Below are positions 1-8,399 of a stretch of DNA of 24,000 bases, one piece after another (the stretch's first letter is position 1; each line of letters opens with the position of its first letter). The DNA is taken from NCBI GenBank assembly GCA_018819135.1, contig JAHJQK010000195.1, positions 1-24,000 on the forward strand, read 5' to 3'. This DNA is from Pseudomonadota bacterium (GTDB taxonomy: Bacteria; Desulfobacterota; SM23-61). The translations under genes were made by a program, and so were the position numbers. The notes under the pieces are model-generated. The model saw only the letters and a list, made by a program, of their open reading frames with translations. It did not search any database and was not told where the DNA came from.

Positions 1-1
1 T

Positions 2-184
2 AAAAACCGGCCGGATAAGGCGAGAATAATCCCTTTTATCAACAAAGTCGATATCCCCGGTGGCCTGGAGAAGGCAAGAAATTTAGCTCGGTCTCTCCTC
101 AAAATTGATCGAGGCAAAATTGAAAGAGTCCTCCTCGGCCAAGCCCAGCACTCTCCCGCCGTGAAGGAAATTGTTCTTTACTGA
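2..184 (+). CDS. C-terminal end of a YqeC-like selenium-dependent hydroxylase accessory protein (partial, runs off the left edge)
   Basis: Frame 2 is open from the window start: KNRPDKARIIPFINKVDIPGGLEKARNLARSLLKIDRGKIERVLLGQAQHSPAVKEIVLY*. The 'INKVD' G4-like motif and terminal arrangement resemble YqeC. It is not in the supplied ORF track because the start is outside the window. Confidence 0.55.
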   Translation, partial: KNRPDKARIIPFINKVDIPGGLEKARNLARSLLKIDRGKIERVLLGQAQHSPAVKEIVLY

Positions 185-330
185 TCTTATCTCGCCCCAA
201 TTGGACCGCTTCACCCCTCCCAGCCATCCCCCATCCGAGGAGGAAGGAATTACATTGTTTATCCCCAATTAATTCCCTTGATTTGGCAAGGAGTTTAATG
301 ATAGATTCACCGAAGTTAAAACCCCAACAC

Positions 331-353
331 CCCTCTCCCTCAAAGGGAGAGGG
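331..353. repeat. REP-like palindrome or hairpin (CCCTCTCCCT-CAA-AGGGAGAGGG), followed by GCCGGGGTGAGGGTG
   Basis: Perfect 10-bp inverted repeat with a 3-nt loop in an intergenic region. The sequence type is common in proteobacterial intergenic regions. Confidence 0.6.
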
Positions 354-432
354 CCGGGGTGAGGGTGATTAGAACTTTTTACGATTTGATCAAACTTAGC
401 GTAATTTTCAATTCATGAAAATAATCCTTCTA

Positions 433-460
433 CTGATAGCTGATGGCTGATCGCCGATGG
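433..460 (+). repeat. Short heptamer tandem repeat (CTGATAG CTGATGG CTGATCG CCGATGG)
   Basis: Four consecutive 7-nt units read directly from the sequence. Confidence 0.55.
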
Positions 461-720
461 CTTTATTAAACCAGCTTTCTCCTTTTAATTTTTGGAGGAG
501 CAAAAATGTGCGGAAGCATGAAAGCCCCATTTCTCGAAAAGAGGGATGGGGTTTATTATAACCAGTAATAGGTGAATAGAAAGCGCAGTGACTATCTGCC
601 GAGTTTCCGATAGATTCTCACACGTTCTTTCGGGATATGTCGGGAATCTTGGCGACCTGTTATCTACCATTGAGGGTCTGGGATAAGTAGCAGAATCAAG
701 GAAGGAGAGAATAAACCCAA

Positions 721-1176
721 ATGAAAAAAGAAACCCTATACCTTGATACTTCAGTTCCCAGTGCCTATTATGATGAACGAGCTAAGGATCGGAAGGAAGC
801 GACAGTCAGATTTTGGAAAGAGGTTTTACCTAATTATCAGGGGTACATATCAGAAATTACAGTAGAAGAATTGGAAGATACCAAAGATTTAGCTTTGAGA
901 AAAAAACTTAAGAAACTGATCAAAAGTTTTAAGGAGCTAAAGATTAACGAAGAGATTAGAGATTTGGCAAAGGTTTATATAGGAAAAGAGATATTTCCAG
1001 AGAGATATGTAGACGATGCTCTTCATGTAGCTATAGCTTCTTTTTATGAAATATCTTATTTGGTTTCATGGAACTTTGAGCATCTGGTTAAAGTAAAGAC
1101 AAGAAAGTGGGTAAACTCGGTTAATATATTAGAAGGATTTAAGGAGATTGAAATCGTCTCCCCCCAAGAACTTTGA
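721..1176 (+). CDS. PIN-domain protein, VapC-like putative toxin
   Basis: 151 aa. The N-terminal 'LYLDTSVPSAYYD' and the acidic 'DDALHVAIASFYEISYLVSWNFEHL' are typical of PIN-domain proteins. Confidence 0.7.
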   Translation: MKKETLYLDTSVPSAYYDERAKDRKEATVRFWKEVLPNYQGYISEITVEELEDTKDLALRKKLKKLIKSFKELKINEEIRDLAKVYIGKEIFPERYVDDALHVAIASFYEISYLVSWNFEHLVKVKTRKWVNSVNILEGFKEIEIVSPQEL

Positions 1177-1186
1177 GGAGGTCCTT

Positions 1187-1366
1187 ATGGAAAAAATAGA
1201 ATTTTTTGACTATCAGAAATTGGCTAAGAAAATGAATATGCCAAATGTTACCTTAAAAAAGATTGAAAAAGAAGTAAAGGAGGAATTCCCTAAGGACAAG
1301 ATGATGTACGAACTCCATGTTCTAAGGGCGGTAAGAAGTAAATACTGGAAGAAAAGGGTTAAGTAA
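1187..1366 (+). CDS. Small protein paired with the PIN gene, putative antitoxin
   Basis: Internal ATG of the 1148..1366 ORF, preceded by 'gaggaggtcctt'. MEKIEFFDYQKLAKKMNMPNVTLKKIEKEVKEEFPKDKMMYELHVLRAVRSKYWKKRVK. It lies 10 nt downstream of the PIN gene. Confidence 0.5.
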   Translation: MEKIEFFDYQKLAKKMNMPNVTLKKIEKEVKEEFPKDKMMYELHVLRAVRSKYWKKRVK

Positions 1367-1546
1367 GGTGTGTGATTTACAGACAACGTTTCAACTGACT
1401 CAAACGTAAATCAAGCCAATAACCTTGGACTCGAAAGTGCTCTTTTGCGCCATCATACTTAACATCAATCTCTTCCCAGATCGGCAGACTATGTCAGCAT
1501 CCTTTGTTTCTTCAAAGAGTTTTATCCATCCAAGTGGCAAAAAACG

Positions 1547-2170
1547 TTGTTGACTACGTTGAATAATATGATGTCAAGAAATTCCACTTCGATCCAACAA
1601 GGTTATCGGAAAAGAGTTTCATTCAACTTTGTAAAGTCCGTAAGTCAACGTAGTCAACTACGTCCCGCTTTCCACATTCGAGCACAGTATTCAAAACTTG
1701 TGGCTCCAATACGAAAATTCTTGGCCTTTGCAAGGGATCAAGGTTATCCTGTACATATTATCGGGCAGGAAAAGACTGGAGCGTTTGCTGATCATTTGCA
1801 ACTGATTGGGAACAATGCCCCCCTCCAATCGCTGTTTATCCCTGGCAATCAATACATAAAAGAACAGATTCAACATAGGCCCAACAGAGGGGCACCCTAT
1901 GGTAAGGATACGAACTACGGAGCCAAAGTTTTTGTTCGGATTAGTCATTATCATCAAATGGTGCTAAATATTCCTACCGGAGAGTACGTTGAGGATCCTA
2001 CGCTCTCTAATCTCATCGGTGCTGAAAGAATCTTTGCGACATTACCGACAGTTTTGAGTAGCCGGTTTGAGGGAGCCCTTTTACCCATTGAACTGGCTCA
2101 TGACGTTGCATCTCTCTCAACATATCCTTCTGCTCAAATTCTCAAGATTTTTGCAGAAGCAAAGGGATAG
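1547..2170 (+). CDS. NurA-like nuclease C-terminal domain; possibly a truncated or disrupted gene
   Basis: 207 aa from a TTG start. Motifs include 'VHIIGQEKTGAFADHL', 'AKVFVRISHYHQ' and the C-terminal 'LLPIELAHDVASLSTYPSAQILKIF', which are reminiscent of the C-terminal half of NurA. The protein-like frame continues upstream of the called start and is interrupted by TAA at 1460-1462. Confidence 0.35.
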   Translation: MLTTLNNMMSRNSTSIQQGYRKRVSFNFVKSVSQRSQLRPAFHIRAQYSKLVAPIRKFLAFARDQGYPVHIIGQEKTGAFADHLQLIGNNAPLQSLFIPGNQYIKEQIQHRPNRGAPYGKDTNYGAKVFVRISHYHQMVLNIPTGEYVEDPTLSNLIGAERIFATLPTVLSSRFEGALLPIELAHDVASLSTYPSAQILKIFAEAKG

Positions 2171-2287
2171 AAGAATTAATAAGGCATGGCGTACAACATA
2201 GCATTTACACTCCACTTTGTTTCGGGGCTTTGCCCATATTCGCTACGCTCCAGCGAACGTCGTAAAAGCTTAACCCGTTGAGTACCG

Positions 2288-3220
2288 ATGATTGGACAAA
2301 AAAGAAAAAGGCGGCAAGATGACATTGTATATTTTCAGGAAAACACGAAGAAAAAAGAGAGGATAGGTAAAATGACATTTATGGATAACAATGAAAGTTC
2401 TCTTGCAAAATTAATTAGTTCAGAGTTGGAATATCTCTTAAAACAAGTAGAAGCGGATATAAAACAAAGGAACTCCACAAAGAAATATTTGTCACACATT
2501 AGGAAGGCATTTGAAGAATCGGATACTGAAACTTTAAACAGGCTATTATTGAGACAATTAAAGGACCGTCTCTTAACTTCTTATCCTACAGCCAAGGAGA
2601 TATTTGAAAAACTTTCAATCGATGTTAAAAGGCGTTCTGAACAGGTTTTTTCCTCTCTCTTTACCCGTTTCCAGGAATATTGTTCTAATAATAAAATTTC
2701 TCTCCACGGTAAACTGCCAAAGCTATTTGTTGATTACTTACTCGAAGTCGAAATGGATGAAAACAAACAGACGGCAAAAATAGGGACTATCTTTTTAAAA
2801 ACTCTGGACTGGGAAAAGATTCGTGTGGCAATAGACCGGGAACGGCATCGAATTTGGGAAAGGGAATTTGATCCGACCAGTTTTCGAGATCATCTATTAA
2901 ATGTTTATTTAGAAATAATCAAGGTTAAACCGAACCCTGTAGGATGGGTGCGATTAGAAGGTGTTTATCAATCACTAAAGAGGGATATCCAGCAAAAAAA
3001 TCCCAATTGGAAAAAAGGGGGGCGTCTTGTACCATATTATAAAGACGAATTCAGTGCAGACCTTTCAAAACTCTGGGAAGCCCAGATAAGTCGAAAAAGT
3101 GGCTCTCCCCATATTGAACTAAGTGGAATTCGTGATCCTCGTTTATCATATAAGGTCGTGTTACCAGATGGACAAATTCAGTCTTATGGGCATATGCGGC
3201 CTAAGAAGGAGGAAACCTAA
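2288..3220 (+). CDS. Uncharacterised 310-aa protein of the ATPase/helicase operon (a start at ATG 2372 is also possible)
   Basis: Long ORF whose last base overlaps the start of the next ORF. Charged, helix-rich N-terminus followed by 'NPVGWVRLEGVYQSLKRDIQQKNPNWKKGGRLVPYYKDEF'. No family recognised. Confidence 0.8.
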   Translation: MIGQKRKRRQDDIVYFQENTKKKERIGKMTFMDNNESSLAKLISSELEYLLKQVEADIKQRNSTKKYLSHIRKAFEESDTETLNRLLLRQLKDRLLTSYPTAKEIFEKLSIDVKRRSEQVFSSLFTRFQEYCSNNKISLHGKLPKLFVDYLLEVEMDENKQTAKIGTIFLKTLDWEKIRVAIDRERHRIWEREFDPTSFRDHLLNVYLEIIKVKPNPVGWVRLEGVYQSLKRDIQQKNPNWKKGGRLVPYYKDEFSADLSKLWEAQISRKSGSPHIELSGIRDPRLSYKVVLPDGQIQSYGHMRPKKEET

Positions 3221-4407
3221 TGGATAACATTTCAACCTTACTAAAAGACCAAGCATATCGCATAATTAGTGCCCTGCGTAAGGGTACACCCCCTGAAGAG
3301 GGGGTCGATCTATATTCTGTCGGACGGGAACAATTGCTCTCTTACTTTGATGACAAGCTAATTGAGATTAAGAACTATGGTGTTTCTGATGTAAAGCTTG
3401 TAAGTGCTGATTGGGGACATGGGAAAAGTCATTTCCTTGATTTATTGCGGAATTTAGCATTCAAACATAATTTTGTTGTCTCAAAAGTTGTATTACACCA
3501 AAGCGAAACACCTTTCGACAAATTGCCTATTGTTATTCAACGTTTAATGTCAAATATTTCTACGCCGGAAAATCGTGTTAATGGACTAGAAGCATTATTA
3601 AATAATTGGTCAGTTCGTAATAAGTCAAAAGGTGAACAGGAAATTTTCAAAAGCCTCACAGATATGGGTATCTATCCCGATATGCGAATGAAGTTAGTAG
3701 AATATCAAAGACATTATAATTGTCCAACAGGACCCGAGTATCAACAATGTCTTCAAGTGCTGAAATGGTTTCGGGGCGAAGAGACGGCATCAAAAACATT
3801 TAAAAATGTTCGTGAATACTTACATAGCTTTATCCAATTTGTTCATTCTTTGGGATACAGCGGTTTTGTAGTGTTGCTTGATGAAGCTGAGGCAGTTACC
3901 CAGCTTATAGGCATAAAGCGTCGAGACCTCGCCAATGAAAATCTCAGGCAAATAATTGATAATGATCAAGACACACAAGGTTTTTATTTTGTCTTTGCAT
4001 CCACCCCCACATTTTTAAGTGGTGAGGATGAGCGGGGCGCGCAAAGTTACCCTGCGCTCTGGAGGCGTATAAGCGATCCTTTACATGGATTACAACAAGA
4101 TTCTCTTCATAAGGTTATTGTAGACTTGCCAAAACTGACAGAAGAAGAATTTTTCAAATTAGCTCAGAAGATAAAAGCAGTTTGCGAGATTGCAAAGGGG
4201 CAAAATTTAACAATGGTTACTGACAACCATCTCCGATCCTTAGCTCACTATGTTCAGACCCGAACTGATCAAAGGGTCGGCACTATGGTGCGAAGCACTG
4301 TTGCGATTTTAGATGAAACAACCTCTCCAGATTTTGACTTTTTAGCAAGATTTGAATTTATTGTAGAAAAAGCAATGGAGCAAGAAGCGATGGATAGAGC
4401 CAGATAA
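3220..4407 (+). CDS. BREX-type (BrxC/BrxD, DUF2791-like) P-loop ATPase, paralog A
   Basis: 395 aa. Walker A-like 'ADWGHGKSHFLDLLR', Walker B 'FVVLLDEAEAV', 'FVFASTPTFL' and 'LWRRISDP'. The N-terminal 'ALRKGTPPEEGVDLYSVGREQLL' is shared with the next gene. Confidence 0.75.
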   Translation: MDNISTLLKDQAYRIISALRKGTPPEEGVDLYSVGREQLLSYFDDKLIEIKNYGVSDVKLVSADWGHGKSHFLDLLRNLAFKHNFVVSKVVLHQSETPFDKLPIVIQRLMSNISTPENRVNGLEALLNNWSVRNKSKGEQEIFKSLTDMGIYPDMRMKLVEYQRHYNCPTGPEYQQCLQVLKWFRGEETASKTFKNVREYLHSFIQFVHSLGYSGFVVLLDEAEAVTQLIGIKRRDLANENLRQIIDNDQDTQGFYFVFASTPTFLSGEDERGAQSYPALWRRISDPLHGLQQDSLHKVIVDLPKLTEEEFFKLAQKIKAVCEIAKGQNLTMVTDNHLRSLAHYVQTRTDQRVGTMVRSTVAILDETTSPDFDFLARFEFIVEKAMEQEAMDRAR

Positions 4408-4419
4408 AGGAGAATAGTC

Positions 4420-5646
4420 GTGGCTCAAAAAATAGATTTGTTAGGGATAATACAACAAGCCAGGGAAAGAGGATATTTTGATTTTACTGATTTCCCAGGA
4501 CTAACCATGAATTTTGAACAATTTAAGGAACTTTCAAGCTTGCTCGAAAAAAAGAAAATTCCTTTTGGAACTGTAAGCAGTGCGATTAAACTTACCCAGC
4601 AGGAAGCCTTGCTCATAGTCAATTCTCTACGAAAAGGTGTCCCCCCGCCGATAGATGTTACCCATTTTTCTGTTGGACGCAAAAATTTAGAGGATAGGTT
4701 TAGCAAAGACCTACAAGCCGTTGGACAGAGTGCATCGCGAGTTCGTTTTATGAATGCTGATTACGGATATGGTAAGACTCATTCTCTTTATCTCCTGAGA
4801 GAGATTGCTTTTAGGCAAGAATTCATTGTAAGTATAGTGACGCTAAGCCAAAATTCATGTCCCATACATGATTTTATGGCTGTATATGATCGGATTATGT
4901 GGAACCTCAGAACACGAGAGGAGAGGAATAAACCTGCGATAGAAAGTGTGCTTGATAAATGGCTTCAGGCCATTCGTGAAAAGGGTGAAGAAAGAGCGAG
5001 ACAAATCATTAAAGCACTTCCCGATGATTTAAAAAGTGCTCTCCATGCTTATCATGAAAGCGTTAGCCCTGTTAGACCTAATGAAGAGAAAAGGTTATTA
5101 GTTCTAAACTATGTTTCTGGGAAAAGTATTTACTTACGAGACCTACGTCGTATTGAAATCAATAACCGTATAGATAGTTCCAATGCTCTGATCATGCTTG
5201 GATATATGGCCTCGTTATACAGAAATCTAAATTTTCGAGGCATCTGTATTCTTTTCGATGAAGCAGATCCAATTCACTCTTTTGCAAAATTTGAGCATCA
5301 GGATCAAGCTTATAGCAATTTGTTCCAAATTATCCAGCAAAGTCAAACTACACCGTTTTGCTATTTCCTTTATGCCACAACTCCCAGCTTCTTTGATAAT
5401 TATGCACCTTACTGGCATACTCATAAAATAAAAGATGGTGACATCTTTGAGTTGGAAAAATTGGATGTTTTCGAGCTACAAAGATTGTCCTTAACCCTTT
5501 GTAAAATTTATTCCATCGCTAAGGGAGCTAAAGTGCCCAATAATATTGAGCAAAGGCTAAGAAATTTAGCTTCTGATCCATCCTTTAGCGATACCATTGG
5601 GAATTTTGTGCGAAGGTGTATCGCTATTTTAGATGAAGGAAGATGA
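4420..5646 (+). CDS. BREX-type (BrxC/BrxD, DUF2791-like) P-loop ATPase, paralog B
   Basis: 408 aa from a GTG start. Walker A-like 'ADYGYGKTHSLYLLRE', Walker B 'GICILFDEADPIHS', 'SLRKGVPPPIDVTHFSVGRKNLEDRF' and 'FLYATTPSFFDN'. Starts 12 nt after paralog A. Confidence 0.75.
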   Translation: MAQKIDLLGIIQQARERGYFDFTDFPGLTMNFEQFKELSSLLEKKKIPFGTVSSAIKLTQQEALLIVNSLRKGVPPPIDVTHFSVGRKNLEDRFSKDLQAVGQSASRVRFMNADYGYGKTHSLYLLREIAFRQEFIVSIVTLSQNSCPIHDFMAVYDRIMWNLRTREERNKPAIESVLDKWLQAIREKGEERARQIIKALPDDLKSALHAYHESVSPVRPNEEKRLLVLNYVSGKSIYLRDLRRIEINNRIDSSNALIMLGYMASLYRNLNFRGICILFDEADPIHSFAKFEHQDQAYSNLFQIIQQSQTTPFCYFLYATTPSFFDNYAPYWHTHKIKDGDIFELEKLDVFELQRLSLTLCKIYSIAKGAKVPNNIEQRLRNLASDPSFSDTIGNFVRRCIAILDEGR

Positions 5647-7777
5647 GCGAATGAAAGACTGGAAAGAAACTTTAAAAGAAGAGGGTTTCGCACCAAAACC
5701 AACCTCACCCGTTCTATTAGATAACGCTATTTCTGCCCTTCTCCATAAGCATCAACAACAATTCACTGATATTCAATCTCAGGCGATACAGCCAATCTAT
5801 GCTGGCGAAAACGCCTTACTGATTTCCAGCACAGCCAGTGGAAAAACAGAAACTGCAGTTATTCCTATTGTTGCAAGGATTTCTGAAAACCGGAAGGATT
5901 CACTTTGTATTTACATAGCACCCACAAAAGCCCTTCTCAATGATCTATATAAGCGCTTAAGCGTTCCTCTTCATCGTCTCGATATACAGTTAGGTATAAG
6001 GCATGGGGATAAGCCGCTTTCCTCAAGTGACAAGGAATTGTCATTCCTCTTAACTACGCCCGAATCCCTGGACATTCTTTTATGTAAGGATTATCCATTT
6101 CTTTCAAAAGTGAAATTTGTTGTCTGTGATGAAATACATCAGGTATTCGGGTCCCCTCGAGGGCTTCAACTGCTTTTCCTTCTAGATCGACTGAAGAAAA
6201 AGGCCGGTCGAGGATTACAACGGGTTGCCCTTTCTGCTACGGTAGGAAATCAAAACATAGTTAGTGAATGGTTTCGTGGAGGAGATAGGCCTGTCAGAAT
6301 ATTCTCTACTGGCACTCAGCGTCCCCTTAATCCAGAGTTTCACTGGTTAGATCAATATAATTCTTTAAGAAATGTTATACAACAATCAAAAGCGAAAAAA
6401 GTTCTTATCTTTGTAAACTCACGACGAATGTGCGATGAATTATTTTTGGAACTGGGTAATTTCTCACATTATCAAGTCTTTGTGCATTATTCGACCTTAG
6501 AAAGGGAACAGAGAGAATATGTGGAATCTCAGTTTAAGGTCTCGGAATTTGCCATTTGTATCGCTACAACAACGTTAGAACTAGGCATAGATATAGGTTC
6601 CATAGAGGTCATAATCCTGTACGAACCTCCTCAAAGCGTTACCAGTTTTCTTCAAAGGATTGGCCGCGGCAGTAGGAGAACTGCGAAAACATGGGTGATT
6701 ATGACACCAAAAAATAATTTAGAGCTACTCCAATTTTATGCATTTACGTCCCTAGCTAGTGAGGGAGAAATAGAAAATACCCCTCCTGGCCAATTCTATA
6801 GCGTTCTTATTCAACAAATCTTCTCCAGTATTGCAGCCAAACATCACCATCGAGTACACAAAACTGAAATTGAAGAAATATGCAACTCTTTCTCCTGGAT
6901 TCAACCTGAAGAAATAAACTTGATAATGCAAAGACTTTCAAGTCAGAGGTATTTGCGGCTTGAGGCCAGATGGTCAAGTTATCAAATGGGTCCTATATTA
7001 GAATCCTTATATAATGAGATGGCAATTTTTTCAAATATATCTAACGGTGAATCCGGTATCCAGGTCTTTCATGAAGGTCGTCGTTTAGCCTCTCTACCAT
7101 TACCAGTCGCTCAAATTCGATTGGGGACAGTTATACTTTTTGCTGGACGTTACTGGGAAATTACATCAGTTGGAGAAGCTCGGATAAGCGTTCGCTTAAC
7201 TAGCCCCGTTTCTTCCCCTATTCGTCCTTCCTACGGTAAGGGTGGTGGCAATTATATGAGTTCAATTGTTGCTCAAAAAATTAAAACAGTTCTATCAGGA
7301 GGAGCGAGTTTATCATATTTCAGACTCGATAGGGCTACAGAAAACCGTTTAAGGGACCTTCAAGTCAGAATAACTTCAGAAAGTTATGAGGGGTGCATTT
7401 TTCAAACGAGACACGCCTCTAAGTATTTCTATTATACTTTTGCTGGTGGTGTAGAAAATAGGATTCTTCAGCTTCTTTTTTCAAGATTCGGGCATTCTTG
7501 TCAGTTGATGAGGAACGCCGAAGGTATTGCTATTTATTCCGATGAACCCCTTGACTTTTGCCTAATTCCCGATGATGACGTTCGAATCAAAGAAATAATT
7601 CATGATCACTGGCAGAGTTTTTTACCATTGGCAAGTACTGGGTCATTCTTTAACCTTCTTCCCATTTCACTAAAGGGGAAAGAAGTTTTATCACAGATTG
7701 ACTATGAGGGAACCGTTTCAAATGTCATTGTCATGAGAAATAGAACTGTTATTTGTATATCTGGCAGGCTATTCTGA
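5633..7777 (+). CDS. DEAD/DEAH-box superfamily 2 helicase, Lhr/BrxHI-like
   Basis: 714 aa. 'LLISSTASGKTETAVIP' (motif I), 'IAPTKALLNDL' (Ia), 'VCDEIHQVFG' (DExH-like II), 'ALSATVG' (III) and 'VTSFLQRIGRGSRR' (VI). Overlaps the end of ATPase B. Confidence 0.85.
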   Translation: MKEDERMKDWKETLKEEGFAPKPTSPVLLDNAISALLHKHQQQFTDIQSQAIQPIYAGENALLISSTASGKTETAVIPIVARISENRKDSLCIYIAPTKALLNDLYKRLSVPLHRLDIQLGIRHGDKPLSSSDKELSFLLTTPESLDILLCKDYPFLSKVKFVVCDEIHQVFGSPRGLQLLFLLDRLKKKAGRGLQRVALSATVGNQNIVSEWFRGGDRPVRIFSTGTQRPLNPEFHWLDQYNSLRNVIQQSKAKKVLIFVNSRRMCDELFLELGNFSHYQVFVHYSTLEREQREYVESQFKVSEFAICIATTTLELGIDIGSIEVIILYEPPQSVTSFLQRIGRGSRRTAKTWVIMTPKNNLELLQFYAFTSLASEGEIENTPPGQFYSVLIQQIFSSIAAKHHHRVHKTEIEEICNSFSWIQPEEINLIMQRLSSQRYLRLEARWSSYQMGPILESLYNEMAIFSNISNGESGIQVFHEGRRLASLPLPVAQIRLGTVILFAGRYWEITSVGEARISVRLTSPVSSPIRPSYGKGGGNYMSSIVAQKIKTVLSGGASLSYFRLDRATENRLRDLQVRITSESYEGCIFQTRHASKYFYYTFAGGVENRILQLLFSRFGHSCQLMRNAEGIAIYSDEPLDFCLIPDDDVRIKEIIHDHWQSFLPLASTGSFFNLLPISLKGKEVLSQIDYEGTVSNVIVMRNRTVICISGRLF

Positions 7778-7805
7778 AATGAAGGGGCAACAACTCCTTC
7801 TAACA

Positions 7806-7874
7806 CAGAGTTTGTGGCTATAGTGCTGCTGCATTTCCCCTAAAATCTTGCTTCGCAGGACTTCACAAACTCTG
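7806..7874. repeat. 11-bp perfect inverted repeat CAGAGTTTGTG ... CACAAACTCTG separated by 47 nt
   Basis: Arms at 7806-7816 and 7864-7874, between the helicase stop and the start of the ParDE-like pair. Confidence 0.5.
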
Positions 7875-7902
7875 GAGCCGACATTCTTTCAAAGGAGGTA
7901 AT

Positions 7903-8091
7903 ATGAGTACAGCAAAAGAAGAAGTTCGGAAGATGCTTGACCAGCTTCCAGATGACGCGTCATTCGAGGACATCCAGTACCACATCTATGTCCGAGAGAA
8001 GATCGACCGTGGACTGAAGGACATTGAGGAAGGCCGTGTTCTAAGCCAGGAAGACGTTGAAGAAAGGATGTCCAAATGGATCGGGAGGTAA
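7903..8091 (+). CDS. Putative antitoxin or addiction-module protein, partner of the following ParE-like toxin
   Basis: 62 aa with a strong RBS (AAAGGAGG). 'DQLPDDASFEDIQYHIYVREKIDRGLKDIEEGRVLSQEDVEERMSKWIG' is typical of antitoxins encoded beside RelE/ParE toxins. Confidence 0.75.
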   Translation: MSTAKEEVRKMLDQLPDDASFEDIQYHIYVREKIDRGLKDIEEGRVLSQEDVEERMSKWIGR

Positions 8092-8384
8092 CGTGGACCG
8101 AATCAGCTTGGAGAGATCTCGAAGAAGTTGCAGATTATATTGCTAAGGATTCTCGCCACTATGCAGCGGCATTTGTTCGTGAAGCACGGGATGCTGCACG
8201 GTCATTGGCTTATCTAGCGGAGCGAGGCCGTACAGTTCCCGAATTCAATGATCCGGGTATCCGCGAGCTTTTTGTGAGGAGTTATCGTCTCATCTATCAG
8301 GTAGCAGAGCAAGTTGTATATATTATCGGATTTATTCATGGTGCACGTGATTTGTGGGCACTTTGGGAGCGAGAAAGACGATAG
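8076..8384 (+). CDS. ParE/RelE-family putative toxin
   Basis: 102 aa. 'VTWTESAWRDLEEVADYIAKDSRHYAAAFVREARDAARSLAYLAERGRTVPE...IRELFVRSYRLIYQVAEQVVYIIGFIHGARDL' is the classic ParE/RelE pattern. Overlaps the antitoxin by 16 nt. Confidence 0.88.
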   Translation: MDREVTWTESAWRDLEEVADYIAKDSRHYAAAFVREARDAARSLAYLAERGRTVPEFNDPGIRELFVRSYRLIYQVAEQVVYIIGFIHGARDLWALWERERR

Positions 8385-8399
8385 CGTTCTGAGGACGCA

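Noticed and set aside
83-268. 61-aa + strand ORF at the left end
   Set aside because: It overlaps the better supported YqeC-like C-terminus in frame 2 and its translation has no recognisable features.
485-670. 61-aa minus-strand ORF and a 20-aa + strand ORF with an RBS (ATG 506)
   Set aside because: Short, no recognisable motif and no partner. Probably intergenic or remnant sequence.
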